IMG/VR virus record: IMGVR_UViG_3300045988_121070
Reading direction: 5' to 3' (one strand)
From: a virus
DNA length: 64,000 nt
Part shown: positions 45,181 through 53,349 of the stretch, one piece after another
Numbering within the stretch: position 1 is the stretch's first letter
Layout: the number at the start of each line of letters is the position of its first letter
Made by a program: the position numbers and the translations under genes
The notes under the pieces: generated by a model
The model's database searches: none
The model's input: the letters and a program-made list of their open reading frames with translations, nothing else
What the model was told of the DNA's origin: nothing

Positions 45181-45242
45181 GGCGATGCAATCGCCGGACA
45201 ATGGACGAAACAAACGAGAGGCCCAGCCGAGAACGGCTGGGC
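45181..45242 (+). repeat. Mosaic palindromic element (C + A modules). The A hairpin probably serves as a bidirectional terminator between convergent genes.
   Basis: GGCGATGCAATCGCC GGACAATGGACGAAACA AACGAGAG GCCCAGCCGAGAACGGCTGGGC, followed by TTCTGTTATTT. Confidence 0.8.
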
Positions 45243-45247
45243 TTCTG

Positions 45248-45865
45248 TTATTTGCATAGGAAGTAGCGGGCGACGAGGAAGATGAGGACACCGAGGATGC
45301 CAAAGAGGGCGATGTAACCCAGATGGAGGACTAAGCCATCCCACCACGACTGAATGCGGGAGGGCGCTGGTTCTTTATATGATTGCTGATTGAGGGAGTC
45401 GAGCCAGTTGACCTGTTGGAGCATGTAGAGGGCTTCTGAGAGGGAGTCGGTACGGGCCGTTTCCTGTGATAGCTGCTGTTGGAGAGCAGAGATCTGTTGC
45501 TCGTAGCGGAGTTCTGTCTGGCGGGAAAGGTTGCGGTCGATGGTGCGGTTTTCCTGACGTACCTCACGGCCAAGGGAGTCGAGGTAGGTAGTGACGGACT
45601 CCTGAATGCGCTCAGTGGACTGTTCCTGTGTGGACTGCTGGGCGGTGATGCGAGCCTGCATCTGGGAGAAGAGGGAGTCGTAGCGGGAGAGCTGCTGTAA
45701 CATGGCTGCATACTGGACTTGCAAGGCACGGAGGCTGTCACCTTCGCTATGGGTGACAGTGGTGGTGGCGGTGCGAGACGTTGTGCAGGAGAGCACGGAG
45801 AAGACACAGAGGGCTGCTATCATATAGCAGCACACGAAACGAGGGAAGAGTGATTTTTTTGACAT
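45248..45865 (-). CDS. Lipoprotein with a coiled-coil and a C-terminal TM anchor (unimolecular-spanin-like architecture)
   Basis: Start at MSKKSLFPRFVCCYMIAALCVFSVLSCTTS (signal peptide plus lipobox-like LSC). Central heptad-rich region. C-terminal LVLHLGYIALFGILGVLIFLVARYF. Confidence 0.55.
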   Translation of the reverse strand: MSKKSLFPRFVCCYMIAALCVFSVLSCTTSRTATTTVTHSEGDSLRALQVQYAAMLQQLSRYDSLFSQMQARITAQQSTQEQSTERIQESVTTYLDSLGREVRQENRTIDRNLSRQTELRYEQQISALQQQLSQETARTDSLSEALYMLQQVNWLDSLNQQSYKEPAPSRIQSWWDGLVLHLGYIALFGILGVLIFLVARYFLCK

Positions 45866-45938
45866 GGCTATAATTGCTTTGATTACTGAGGCAAAGGTAG
45901 GGAGAATGGGCGAGAACATGGGGACAAAGAAGGAGACG

Positions 45939-46072
45939 GCGATGGAATTGCCGAGCAAGAGACGAAGCGAGACCCAGCGCTAAAGCGCGGGGCATAGAAC
46001 GAAAAGCCCCACCGAGAACGGCGGGGAGTAGTGGAGGGGTTCATGGTCGCTATGGCATAGCGACATGCCAAA
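45939..46072 (+). repeat. Dense mosaic of four palindromic modules (degenerate C, A-variant, A, C)
   Basis: GGCGATGGAATTGCC.., CCCAGCGCTAAAGCGCGGGG, CCCCACCGAGAACGGCGGGG AGTAGTGG, GGTCGCTATGGCATAGCGAC ATGCCAAACA. Confidence 0.85.
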
Positions 46073-46095
46073 CAAAGGGGTAAAAAAGCGTAACT

Positions 46096-47565
46096 TCAGG
46101 GCAGGCGGTACTGGATTTTAGAGCGGGGGAAGTATTTGCGCACAAGAGAAAACCAGAAGTCCTGATAGATGCCTTTGGCGATGGTGTTGCCCTGGTCGTC
46201 GGTGGTAGGTTCTATCTGGTCGAAGATTTCCTTGCCGGCGAGGGCGACGGTGAGTGTGTGAGTTTCTTCGTCGTAGCGCTCGATGTTGATCTGACGAGCG
46301 CGGAGAGGGGTCTGTGCGCTGAGTTCCTGCATCAGCGAACGCCACCTACTTTCTGCCTGCTGCTGGACGAAGAGGTCGTACTGACGTTTGCGCTCTACCT
46401 CCAAACGGCGAGCCTCGTTGGTCTTATTCTTGACCCATGTCTGCAGGAGGGTGAGGACATATTCGGCTACATGGTCTGGCTGTGTCTTCTCCACCTGGCG
46501 GCGCACATCATCATAGGCATAGTTGCAGAAGTCGTCGAGCCAGTCGTCAGCAACATCTTTAGCCACTTCGAGGAGGTCATAGGCATGGAGGTCGGACCAC
46601 TGACGAGTAAGGGCATTGATGAGTGCCTGTATCTGGTTGTGGCGCTTGCGTTCCTGTTCGCGTTCGATGCCGAGGGCACCAGGGACAATGACAAACTCGA
46701 TATGGGTAGGATTTCCCTTTTTGCGCCCATCCTTATAGAGCGGTTCGTAGGTGAAAGAGAAGTCTATTTTGCGGTCAGCAGAGAACGTATCCATTTCGGC
46801 CTTAGAAGGATCGAGAATGAGTTTCTTGACCTTTGAAAACTTATGGAAAGGATTGTCGGTAGGTTTGACATCGGGCTTCTCGGCCTTATGAGTGGCGACA
46901 TAGGTAGCATCGTCGATGCCGAGAAATTCGCAGAGTTCGGGGTACTCCACCTCGTTACGTCCTTTGTACTTGAAGGTGGAGAGATAGATATAGATGCGCG
47001 GTGTGCGCTGTTTCTTAGAGAACTGGGCTATGCGGGCGATATGGTCAGTATAGCCACGATCCATAGAGAGGAAATCGTTGACATTCTCCTTATCCATCTT
47101 GACACGGATTTTGCCGGTGCGCCAGCCATTATCAGAGGTAGGCATTTCGATGCGAGAGAAGAGCGAGGCGAAGACATAGACGGTCTTATTGCCCTTTTTC
47201 TTCGGGTAGCCTATCTTCATGCTTACGAGGTCGCCGAGTGCCTGAGCCAGTTCGGGATAGTGGCCAGGAGTAACACCCAGGTCACGAGCCTCGATCTCGA
47301 AGTCAACGGAGGTATTCATTTCCTCTGGTGCAAATAGAGGAAGCCAGAGCTGCTGGTTTTTTTGGTGTTCGGAGGCAGAATAGGCGATGCGGTCCTGCAA
47401 CTTTTCGAGTACACCCATGAGGACGCGCTGGTGCATGAGGGAGAAGTCGCCTGCCACCTGAGCATAGACTTTTGGATTGTAGATCCATTTCTGGTCGCGG
47501 AGTTCGCGGATGATGCTATTGTCAGACTTGATGAGCTGCTGCATCTTATCAGTTTTCTTTGCCAT
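46096..47565 (-). CDS. Plasmid-type replication initiator (Rep_3/RepB-like)
   Basis: The N-terminal IKSDNSIIREL..DFSLMHQRVLMGVLEKLQ resembles the Rep_3 initiator pattern. An iteron array and an AT-rich tract lie directly upstream. Confidence 0.6.
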   Translation of the reverse strand: MAKKTDKMQQLIKSDNSIIRELRDQKWIYNPKVYAQVAGDFSLMHQRVLMGVLEKLQDRIAYSASEHQKNQQLWLPLFAPEEMNTSVDFEIEARDLGVTPGHYPELAQALGDLVSMKIGYPKKKGNKTVYVFASLFSRIEMPTSDNGWRTGKIRVKMDKENVNDFLSMDRGYTDHIARIAQFSKKQRTPRIYIYLSTFKYKGRNEVEYPELCEFLGIDDATYVATHKAEKPDVKPTDNPFHKFSKVKKLILDPSKAEMDTFSADRKIDFSFTYEPLYKDGRKKGNPTHIEFVIVPGALGIEREQERKRHNQIQALINALTRQWSDLHAYDLLEVAKDVADDWLDDFCNYAYDDVRRQVEKTQPDHVAEYVLTLLQTWVKNKTNEARRLEVERKRQYDLFVQQQAESRWRSLMQELSAQTPLRARQINIERYDEETHTLTVALAGKEIFDQIEPTTDDQGNTIAKGIYQDFWFSLVRKYFPRSKIQYRLP

Positions 47566-47628
47566 AGTTACGAAGATTTACCCCTTAAATGACTGGTTGC
47601 TATGACACAGCAACATGCACGGACGGGG

Positions 47629-47815
47629 GAGAGTTACGGAAAATGACCCCTTACGGAAGAGTTGCGATGGTAGCACAACATAGAGAACAACTGGGAGAGA
47701 GTTACGGAAAATGACCCCTAACGAAGAGAGTGGCCGGAAATGCACCCCACCGTTACCAGGAACAGCCCCAAGGTTACGGAGAATGCCACCGAAGGCTACG
47801 GAGAAATACCCCACC
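47629..47815. repeat. Iteron array upstream of rep
   Basis: GAGAGTTACGGAAAATGACCCCT at 47629-47651 and 47697-47719, plus degenerate copies (GGTTACGGAGAATGCCACC, CTACGGAGAAATACCCC) up to 47812. Confidence 0.7.
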
Positions 47816-47867
47816 GAAACGGCAGAAAGCCAGTATTTACGGGGGTTGCGAGCCAATGGAGGGCGCA

Positions 47868-47945
47868 GGTAATTATATATTCTTATAATCATATAAAAGA
47901 AAATTTATCAATACTATATAATAAATAAAGATATATATCAAGTTT
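47868..47945. other. AT-rich tract (candidate DNA-unwinding element of the origin)
   Basis: About 80 nt at roughly 85% A+T, between the iterons and the 18-mer repeats. Confidence 0.5.
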
Positions 47946-48009
47946 AGGGGTAAAAAAGCGTAACCCTATGGGGATAAGGAACGTAATTTAGGGGTAAAAA
48001 AGCGTAACC
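47943..48009. repeat. Two copies of TTTAGGGGTAAAAAAGCGTAACC (candidate centromere or Rep-binding sites). A third copy is at 46075-46095.
   Basis: Exact 18-mer GGGGTAAAAAAGCGTAAC at 47947, 47991 and 46078. The copies flank rep and lie just downstream of the par operon. Confidence 0.6.
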
Positions 48010-48024
48010 TATACCCCACCCCAC

Positions 48025-48369
48025 TCAGACGGGATGCCGTTCGCAATACTCCTGAATGGCCTGTGCCACGATGTCGCCGATGGAGGTACGCTGTCCGGCA
48101 AAATACTTCATGCGGTTCAGTTTCTCATAGATTGAGAGCGGTACACGCGTCTGGACGTTCTTCAGCGGTTCGGTGTTGAGCGTGGAGAAAACACCGACGG
48201 AGGTGCCCGATGCTGACGCAGTGGGAGCGGGGGCAGCGGGAGAACCACTTGGAGCGGGTTCGGCAGACTCAGCACGGACGGAGGACATGATCTGCTCGTG
48301 TTCCTCGATAGCGGGGGAACCGGCAACGATGGACTTCTTAGAAGTCTTTTTGAATGATTTGACAGCCAT
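48025..48369 (-). CDS. Ribbon-helix-helix partition adaptor (ParG/CopG-like)
   Basis: Start MAVKSFKKTSKK at 48369, 3 nt after the parA stop. Disordered N-terminus and an RHH-like C-terminus (VPLSIYEKLNRMKYFAGQRTSIGDIVAQAIQEYCERH). Confidence 0.55.
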   Translation of the reverse strand: MAVKSFKKTSKKSIVAGSPAIEEHEQIMSSVRAESAEPAPSGSPAAPAPTASASGTSVGVFSTLNTEPLKNVQTRVPLSIYEKLNRMKYFAGQRTSIGDIVAQAIQEYCERHPV

Positions 48370-48371
48370 AA

Positions 48372-49235
48372 TTATTCGGGATTTTGGGTTTTGATGAGTT
48401 CGGAAACGAAGTCGCGGTAGTCGTGAGAGGCGGTACATTCGGGGGCATAGGTGAAGATATCCTCATGCTGGAACTGGCTTTCGCCTACCTTGACACACTG
48501 ACGTATGCGCGTCTTAAAGATAGTGGTGTCGTACTGGTCGCGGAGGTAGTCGGTAGTCTCACGAGCCAGTCGGGTGCGCTCGTCGGCCATGACAATGAGC
48601 AAGCCCCGCATATCGAGGTCGGCATTGAGTTTGCGCTTGACATTCTTGTAGGCTTCGACCATGCGGCCAATGCCATCGACTGAGAGCGAGCCGAGCTGCA
48701 CGGGGATGATGACACCAGAGGCGGCAGCGAGCGCGTTGAAGGTGAGTTCGGAGAGTGCGGGGGCACAATCGATAAGCACATAGTCGAAGGTGTCTTCAAT
48801 GTATTCGCCATCGAGTGCCTTTGCACCGAGGTAGAGGTGGTCCATGTCGAAGATGTCATTGCCAAAGAGTGACGAGAGCACCAGCTTGGACTGCATCTGA
48901 CGATGGAGGTCAGGGTCGATGTCGGACAGTCCAGCAGAGGCAGGGACATAATAGAGACCCTTGCGAGACTGATAGACAGGCAGGTGGTTGTTGTCGCCAT
49001 CGCGGAGCGCATCGGCTACGGTGAGAGTGGTGAGGTTCTTAGCGTGGTACTCCTTCATCTTATCGCGCCAGCCGAGGAGGGAAGAAAGATTGCCCTGCGG
49101 GTCGAGATCGATGCAGAGAATGCGCAGACGGCTGTTGCGCCGAAGAAGACCGGCAGCGACGTTCTGAACGGTGGTGGTTTTGGCTACCCCACCCTTGTTG
49201 TTGGCGAATGCCAGGATTTCTTTAATACGTGCCAT
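48372..49235 (-). CDS. parA: ParA-family partition ATPase
   Basis: Deviant Walker A NNKGGVAKTTT, plus the DCAP and IIPV motifs. Confidence 0.85.
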   Translation of the reverse strand: MARIKEILAFANNKGGVAKTTTVQNVAAGLLRRNSRLRILCIDLDPQGNLSSLLGWRDKMKEYHAKNLTTLTVADALRDGDNNHLPVYQSRKGLYYVPASAGLSDIDPDLHRQMQSKLVLSSLFGNDIFDMDHLYLGAKALDGEYIEDTFDYVLIDCAPALSELTFNALAAASGVIIPVQLGSLSVDGIGRMVEAYKNVKRKLNADLDMRGLLIVMADERTRLARETTDYLRDQYDTTIFKTRIRQCVKVGESQFQHEDIFTYAPECTASHDYRDFVSELIKTQNPE

Positions 49236-49263
49236 AATGATTTGTTTTTTAGTATTTCTGTTG

Positions 49264-49294
49264 CAAAGTTAATCTTTAATTTTGAATTGACAAA
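49264..49294 (-). promoter_or_regulatory. Bacteroidota-type promoter for the par operon
   Basis: The minus strand reads TTTG (49294-49291), a 19-nt spacer, then TAACTTTG (49271-49264). Confidence 0.55.
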
Positions 49295-49399
49295 ATAAAA
49301 TTGTTATTATTTTATGAATTTATGAATATATGAATGTATGAATTGATGAAATTATGAAATTTTGTGATTTTTGAGGTGCTCTATAACGACATATAGGGG

Positions 49400-50218
49400 C
49401 TAACGGTGGCCATAGTCTTCGGGAGCTATACCCTGGGCGGCATTATTGGCGGTGGCCTCCTTGATGGTGCGTATCATGCCATAGTCGGCAGCGCCTTGTG
49501 GCGCTTTGGAGTGAAGCAGATCGGGGCGACGGCTGGGGTCAATGAAGGTATGACCGAGGCCACGTTTGCGAGGCATCCAGGGACGGAGGTCGGGATCGTA
49601 AGGGTCAATCCAGGAATCGAGGGGTTGGATATCTGAGAACTGAGAGGCACGAGCACGACGATCGGCGCGGTCGTAGATATTCTGTGCCCACTGCATCATG
49701 GAGTCGAGCGTGGCGAGGATGCCATTGTCGCCGAGCCATTCGGGATCTTCATCAGGAAGCGGCTGGAGGCAGCCTACGAGTTCGAGATAGACATTAAGAC
49801 CAGGCACCTTGCAGACGATGCGCGGCTCATCGAGTTCTTCGTCATAGACACGTCCCTGCTGTTCGATGAGCTGACGGATGGTGATGTCCTGACGGTCGGC
49901 CTCGATACGATTGCGGAACGCCTGCTGGCGCTGCTGGAGGTATTCGACGCGGGACTGTTCCTCACGTTCGGCCATGGCCACCAGTTTAGGGTTGTCGGTG
50001 CGTCCGGCAGCTGCTGCTGTCTTGAAGCCGTGGATCTTGCAAGTGATATAAGGCGGACGGGTGCTGATGATGCAGTCGCCGAGGTCGGAACGCTGCTGAT
50101 ACTTAGTGACGATGAAGGGTGCATGGAACTGCATACCCGACATGAAGTGCTGACTATACTGTGAGAGTTCGCCATCCCAGATGGGGTTGGGCTGAACGGT
50201 GTTGAATTGATTTTCCAT
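49400..50218 (-). CDS. Hypothetical protein (272 aa)
   Basis: Long ORF with a TTCAT-type leader upstream. Confidence 0.6.
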   Translation of the reverse strand: MENQFNTVQPNPIWDGELSQYSQHFMSGMQFHAPFIVTKYQQRSDLGDCIISTRPPYITCKIHGFKTAAAAGRTDNPKLVAMAEREEQSRVEYLQQRQQAFRNRIEADRQDITIRQLIEQQGRVYDEELDEPRIVCKVPGLNVYLELVGCLQPLPDEDPEWLGDNGILATLDSMMQWAQNIYDRADRRARASQFSDIQPLDSWIDPYDPDLRPWMPRKRGLGHTFIDPSRRPDLLHSKAPQGAADYGMIRTIKEATANNAAQGIAPEDYGHR

Positions 50219-50266
50219 TGAATGATGATTTGATGAATTGATGAAATTTGTGATTTGGTAGGGTGG

Positions 50267-51901
50267 CTATACGCGGAGGGTGCCGGCTATGAGGGGCAGA
50301 CAGAAGACGGCAGCACCCAGGACTACTGCACCAAAACAACAGAGGACTGCAGCACAGGCGACAGTGGCGAGGACTGCGGCGGTGGTGCTATGGTGAGGAG
50401 TGGCGGGTTCCTCGGTGGGAGAACCACCGAGCGCTGTGGTAGGAGCGGCTTCTTCGTCAGAGGCGGCAGGGGTAGCGGGGGCGGGAGCTTCGTCGGAGAA
50501 GAGAGAGGGGGCGAGCCAGGCTTCTTCCTCTTCGTCATCGGTGGCGATAGTATCGCCACATACGGGACAATCGGCGGGGGCTTCGTCAGAGGCGGAAGAT
50601 AAGGGGTTATTTTCCGTAACATTGTCCCCTACCCCAGCCGAGAGCGGCTGAGAGGGAGCGACGGCAGAGCCATCGCCTACGGAGGAAACAGGAGCGCCGG
50701 CAGAGGCTATAACACGATAGACCTTGGGGGTAATGTCGTTTGACAGACCCACCTCGATGGTGGCACCTGGATAGATGCCGAGGTCGTTGGCTGTCTTCTC
50801 TGAATAGAGGGAGGCGGAATGTACTTCGCGGTAGAGGAGGGTCACAGAGTCGAAGTAGGCCACGGGTGTACGCTTGCCACTCTTTCCGACCGTCACCTCT
50901 ATGCGGCGGCAGGTGGTGATGGCCTTAGCGGGTGCGAACTTATAAGCGATAGAGCCGTGAGGATGGTGTGCGGTGGCACCGAGGGCGCGGAAATAGTCAT
51001 CGTGCATGATGCGGAAGACGATACCATCAACGGGAAAGTCGAAAGCGGCACGTTCTGCCTCGCGTTTCTCCAGGAGCTGTTGAACATCGTCGAGGGTGTG
51101 GGCGGTCCATACTTCTGGACGGTGGATGAAGCAAAGGCGGTGGAGGAAGTCGAACTTATGCCAGGGGTAGCCGAGCGGGGTGCAAGAAAACTGAATCTGA
51201 CTGCTGATAGCGTCGTCGATATAGGCATCCCAGGGGATGAAGTCGAGCATGGCGAGGTCGATAGCGTCTGGTACAGACTGGTTGCAGAGAGCGGAAGCTG
51301 CTGTGCGGCAATCGGTGTAACGAGTGGAAAGGAGGTGGAGGTTGCGCTTGCTGCAGACAATTTCGCCACGTACCTCGATACGACCGGCGAGGGAGTAGGT
51401 GGCACCCGTCTCGCGGAGCTGCTGAGGGATGGAGGGGATGCAGAGGGCATGGGCGGTGATGTCCTGCCCTACCCTACCATCGCCACGAGTGGCGGCGCTG
51501 ATGAGTTGGCCATCCTGATATACGAGAGAGCATGAAATGCCGTCGTACTTCCACATGGCTACGAGCTTGTAACCGCCAGTGTGGTTGTCGCCGGTGAGGG
51601 CGTTCATGCGCTGGTTGGTCTTGTTGATCCATGAAGCAACCTTCTGAATGTCCTGAGCCTTCTGACAGGAGAGCATGGGGGTGCGGTGAGCGATACGGCC
51701 ATTGCCATTGAGGTCGGAGCCTACCTGCTGGGTGGGACTGTCTGGGAGGATGTGTGAGGGATTGAGGCGTTCGTACTGCTCGATCTGAGCGACGAGGGCA
51801 TCAAACTCGGCATCGCTCACAACGGGAGCGGATGCGACGTAGTACATGTGGGAGTAGTAGTTGGCGCGGCCAACGGCGTTGATGTAATCTGAATGTGTCA
51901 T
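50267..51901 (-). CDS. ligA: NAD-dependent DNA ligase (adenylation + OB domains only) with an aberrant C-terminal tail
   Basis: YYVASAPVVSDAEFDAL (domain Ia), the adenylation lysine motif WKYDGISCSLVY (KxDG), and an OB-like region. The Zn/HhH/BRCT domains are absent. The last 150 aa or so are encoded by A, C, B and D palindromic modules plus a hydrophobic stretch. Confidence 0.8.
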   Translation of the reverse strand: MTHSDYINAVGRANYYSHMYYVASAPVVSDAEFDALVAQIEQYERLNPSHILPDSPTQQVGSDLNGNGRIAHRTPMLSCQKAQDIQKVASWINKTNQRMNALTGDNHTGGYKLVAMWKYDGISCSLVYQDGQLISAATRGDGRVGQDITAHALCIPSIPQQLRETGATYSLAGRIEVRGEIVCSKRNLHLLSTRYTDCRTAASALCNQSVPDAIDLAMLDFIPWDAYIDDAISSQIQFSCTPLGYPWHKFDFLHRLCFIHRPEVWTAHTLDDVQQLLEKREAERAAFDFPVDGIVFRIMHDDYFRALGATAHHPHGSIAYKFAPAKAITTCRRIEVTVGKSGKRTPVAYFDSVTLLYREVHSASLYSEKTANDLGIYPGATIEVGLSNDITPKVYRVIASAGAPVSSVGDGSAVAPSQPLSAGVGDNVTENNPLSSASDEAPADCPVCGDTIATDDEEEEAWLAPSLFSDEAPAPATPAASDEEAAPTTALGGSPTEEPATPHHSTTAAVLATVACAAVLCCFGAVVLGAAVFCLPLIAGTLRV

Positions 51902-51958
51902 AATTGTTTTCTGTTTTTTAGTGAAACGGTGAATAACTGGGGGTGGTATAACGGGAGG

Positions 51959-52789
51959 TTAGTCGGAGATCATACAGTCGAGAGCGAGGGTGTAATTCCA
52001 AGTGTCGTATGAATAGTGAGAGACGTGGCGGTCTAACAGTTCGTAGTAGCTGATATCGTAAGTAGAAGTGCGGATAAACTCGTTATCGCCAACCTCTTTG
52101 TCTTCGATTTCCTTAACCTTCTCGAAGAGTGCATGGGCGGCCATGTCTTCAACCATTTCGTCAGATGCGGTCTCGCGGAGGAAGTCGGCATACTCTTTGA
52201 ATGAGCCAAAGGTAAGGGCGTTGTCATCGCGATTTTCCAGGATATTCTGGAAGTCGTATAACTCGTAGGCTGTGCCCTGAGACTCCCAGAGCTGCCAGCC
52301 ATCCTTGCGACGGAGCGATACAACCTCTACGCCATAGAGTTCGGCCATACGTTCCATGCTCTCGAAGGTGGCATCCTTATCATTCAGGAGGACACAACCA
52401 CGAAGGCCACGGGGATAGCCATTCATACCCTCTGTAATCTCGGCACACTCTAAATCGTAATCGTCTGCAATCATGTCGCGGAGGTCGTAGCTGCTGGTGA
52501 TGTAGTTGTCGGGGTCGATAGCCAGGCAAATGAAGTCATTACCACGGAAGAGCGTCCAGATGTCACAGTCGGAGTGCTCAGAACGAAAATTCTGGTCGGC
52601 CACGTCTTCGTCATCGTCGGCGGTATTGTAAGCCAGAAGAGACAGGCGGAGTTCGCGGAAGTCGTCTTCAGAAGTATAGGCACCACCCTCGGAGCTGTTG
52701 GCTACCATGTAGTAAGGAACAGAACCACCCTGACGAATGGTATTCAAAACTGCGTTTACCACTTTATAAAAATCTGCTGAATGTTTCAT
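51959..52789 (-). CDS. Hypothetical acidic protein (276 aa)
   Basis: Long ORF, strongly acidic. Confidence 0.6.
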   Translation of the reverse strand: MKHSADFYKVVNAVLNTIRQGGSVPYYMVANSSEGGAYTSEDDFRELRLSLLAYNTADDDEDVADQNFRSEHSDCDIWTLFRGNDFICLAIDPDNYITSSYDLRDMIADDYDLECAEITEGMNGYPRGLRGCVLLNDKDATFESMERMAELYGVEVVSLRRKDGWQLWESQGTAYELYDFQNILENRDDNALTFGSFKEYADFLRETASDEMVEDMAAHALFEKVKEIEDKEVGDNEFIRTSTYDISYYELLDRHVSHYSYDTWNYTLALDCMISD

Positions 52790-52839
52790 AGTTGTATGTT
52801 TTAATGAATTGATGATTTGATGAATGTATGAATGAATAA

Positions 52840-53256
52840 TTAGATTTGCCAGCGGTTTTCGAGGTAGTCCCAGATGGCTTTTGCATCGAGGTCAGTCAGT
52901 GACTGCCAGTTGCGGGCTGCATCCTGTTCGCGCTCAAAGTCGGCACGGTCATTCGCCAGGCACTTGTTATAGGCTTCGAGGTCTTCGGGATCTGCATCGT
53001 CGCCAGGCTCATCGTCGGCCCATGAGCTAAACAGGTTCTCCCACTCATCGAAACTGGTAACGTCTGTACCCAGCGTTACTAACGACAGAGCTGCATCGAG
53101 CAACAGTCGGGCGTAGTCTTCTTCTGTCTCAAAAGAGCACTCAGTATTGACTGCATCAGATAGCACGAAGTGGCCACGTTCTAACGCTACGGTCATGGTG
53201 TCGCCCTGAACGGTGACTTCCAGTTGGTTGTTGAAATTGTCGATTGTTACTTTCAT
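52840..53256 (-). CDS. Hypothetical acidic protein (138 aa)
   Basis: ORF downstream of the promoter + leader-hairpin cassette. Confidence 0.6.
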   Translation of the reverse strand: MKVTIDNFNNQLEVTVQGDTMTVALERGHFVLSDAVNTECSFETEEDYARLLLDAALSLVTLGTDVTSFDEWENLFSSWADDEPGDDADPEDLEAYNKCLANDRADFEREQDAARNWQSLTDLDAKAIWDYLENRWQI

Positions 53257-53317
53257 ATTCTTTGTTTATTTGTGAGGGCTGACCCTCGGTTATACATATT
53301 GTTTATGTTTTACGTTG

Positions 53318-53349
53318 CAAAGATACGAATATATTTTGATACTACCAAA
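53318..53349 (-). promoter_or_regulatory. Bacteroidota-type promoter
   Basis: The minus strand reads TTTG (53349-53346), a 20-nt spacer, then TATCTTTG (53325-53318). The leader contains the hairpin GAGGGTCAGCCCTC (53274-53287). Confidence 0.6.

Noticed and set aside
50541-50569. CPVCGDTIAT in the ligase tail looked like the LigA C4 zinc finger. CPVCCDTIAA recurs in TRD cassettes 2 and 7.
   Set aside because: The underlying DNA is the C palindromic module (GCGAT-NNN-ATCGC + ATACGGGACA), which also occurs in intergenic DNA. There is no second Cys pair. The match is a by-product of the repeat.
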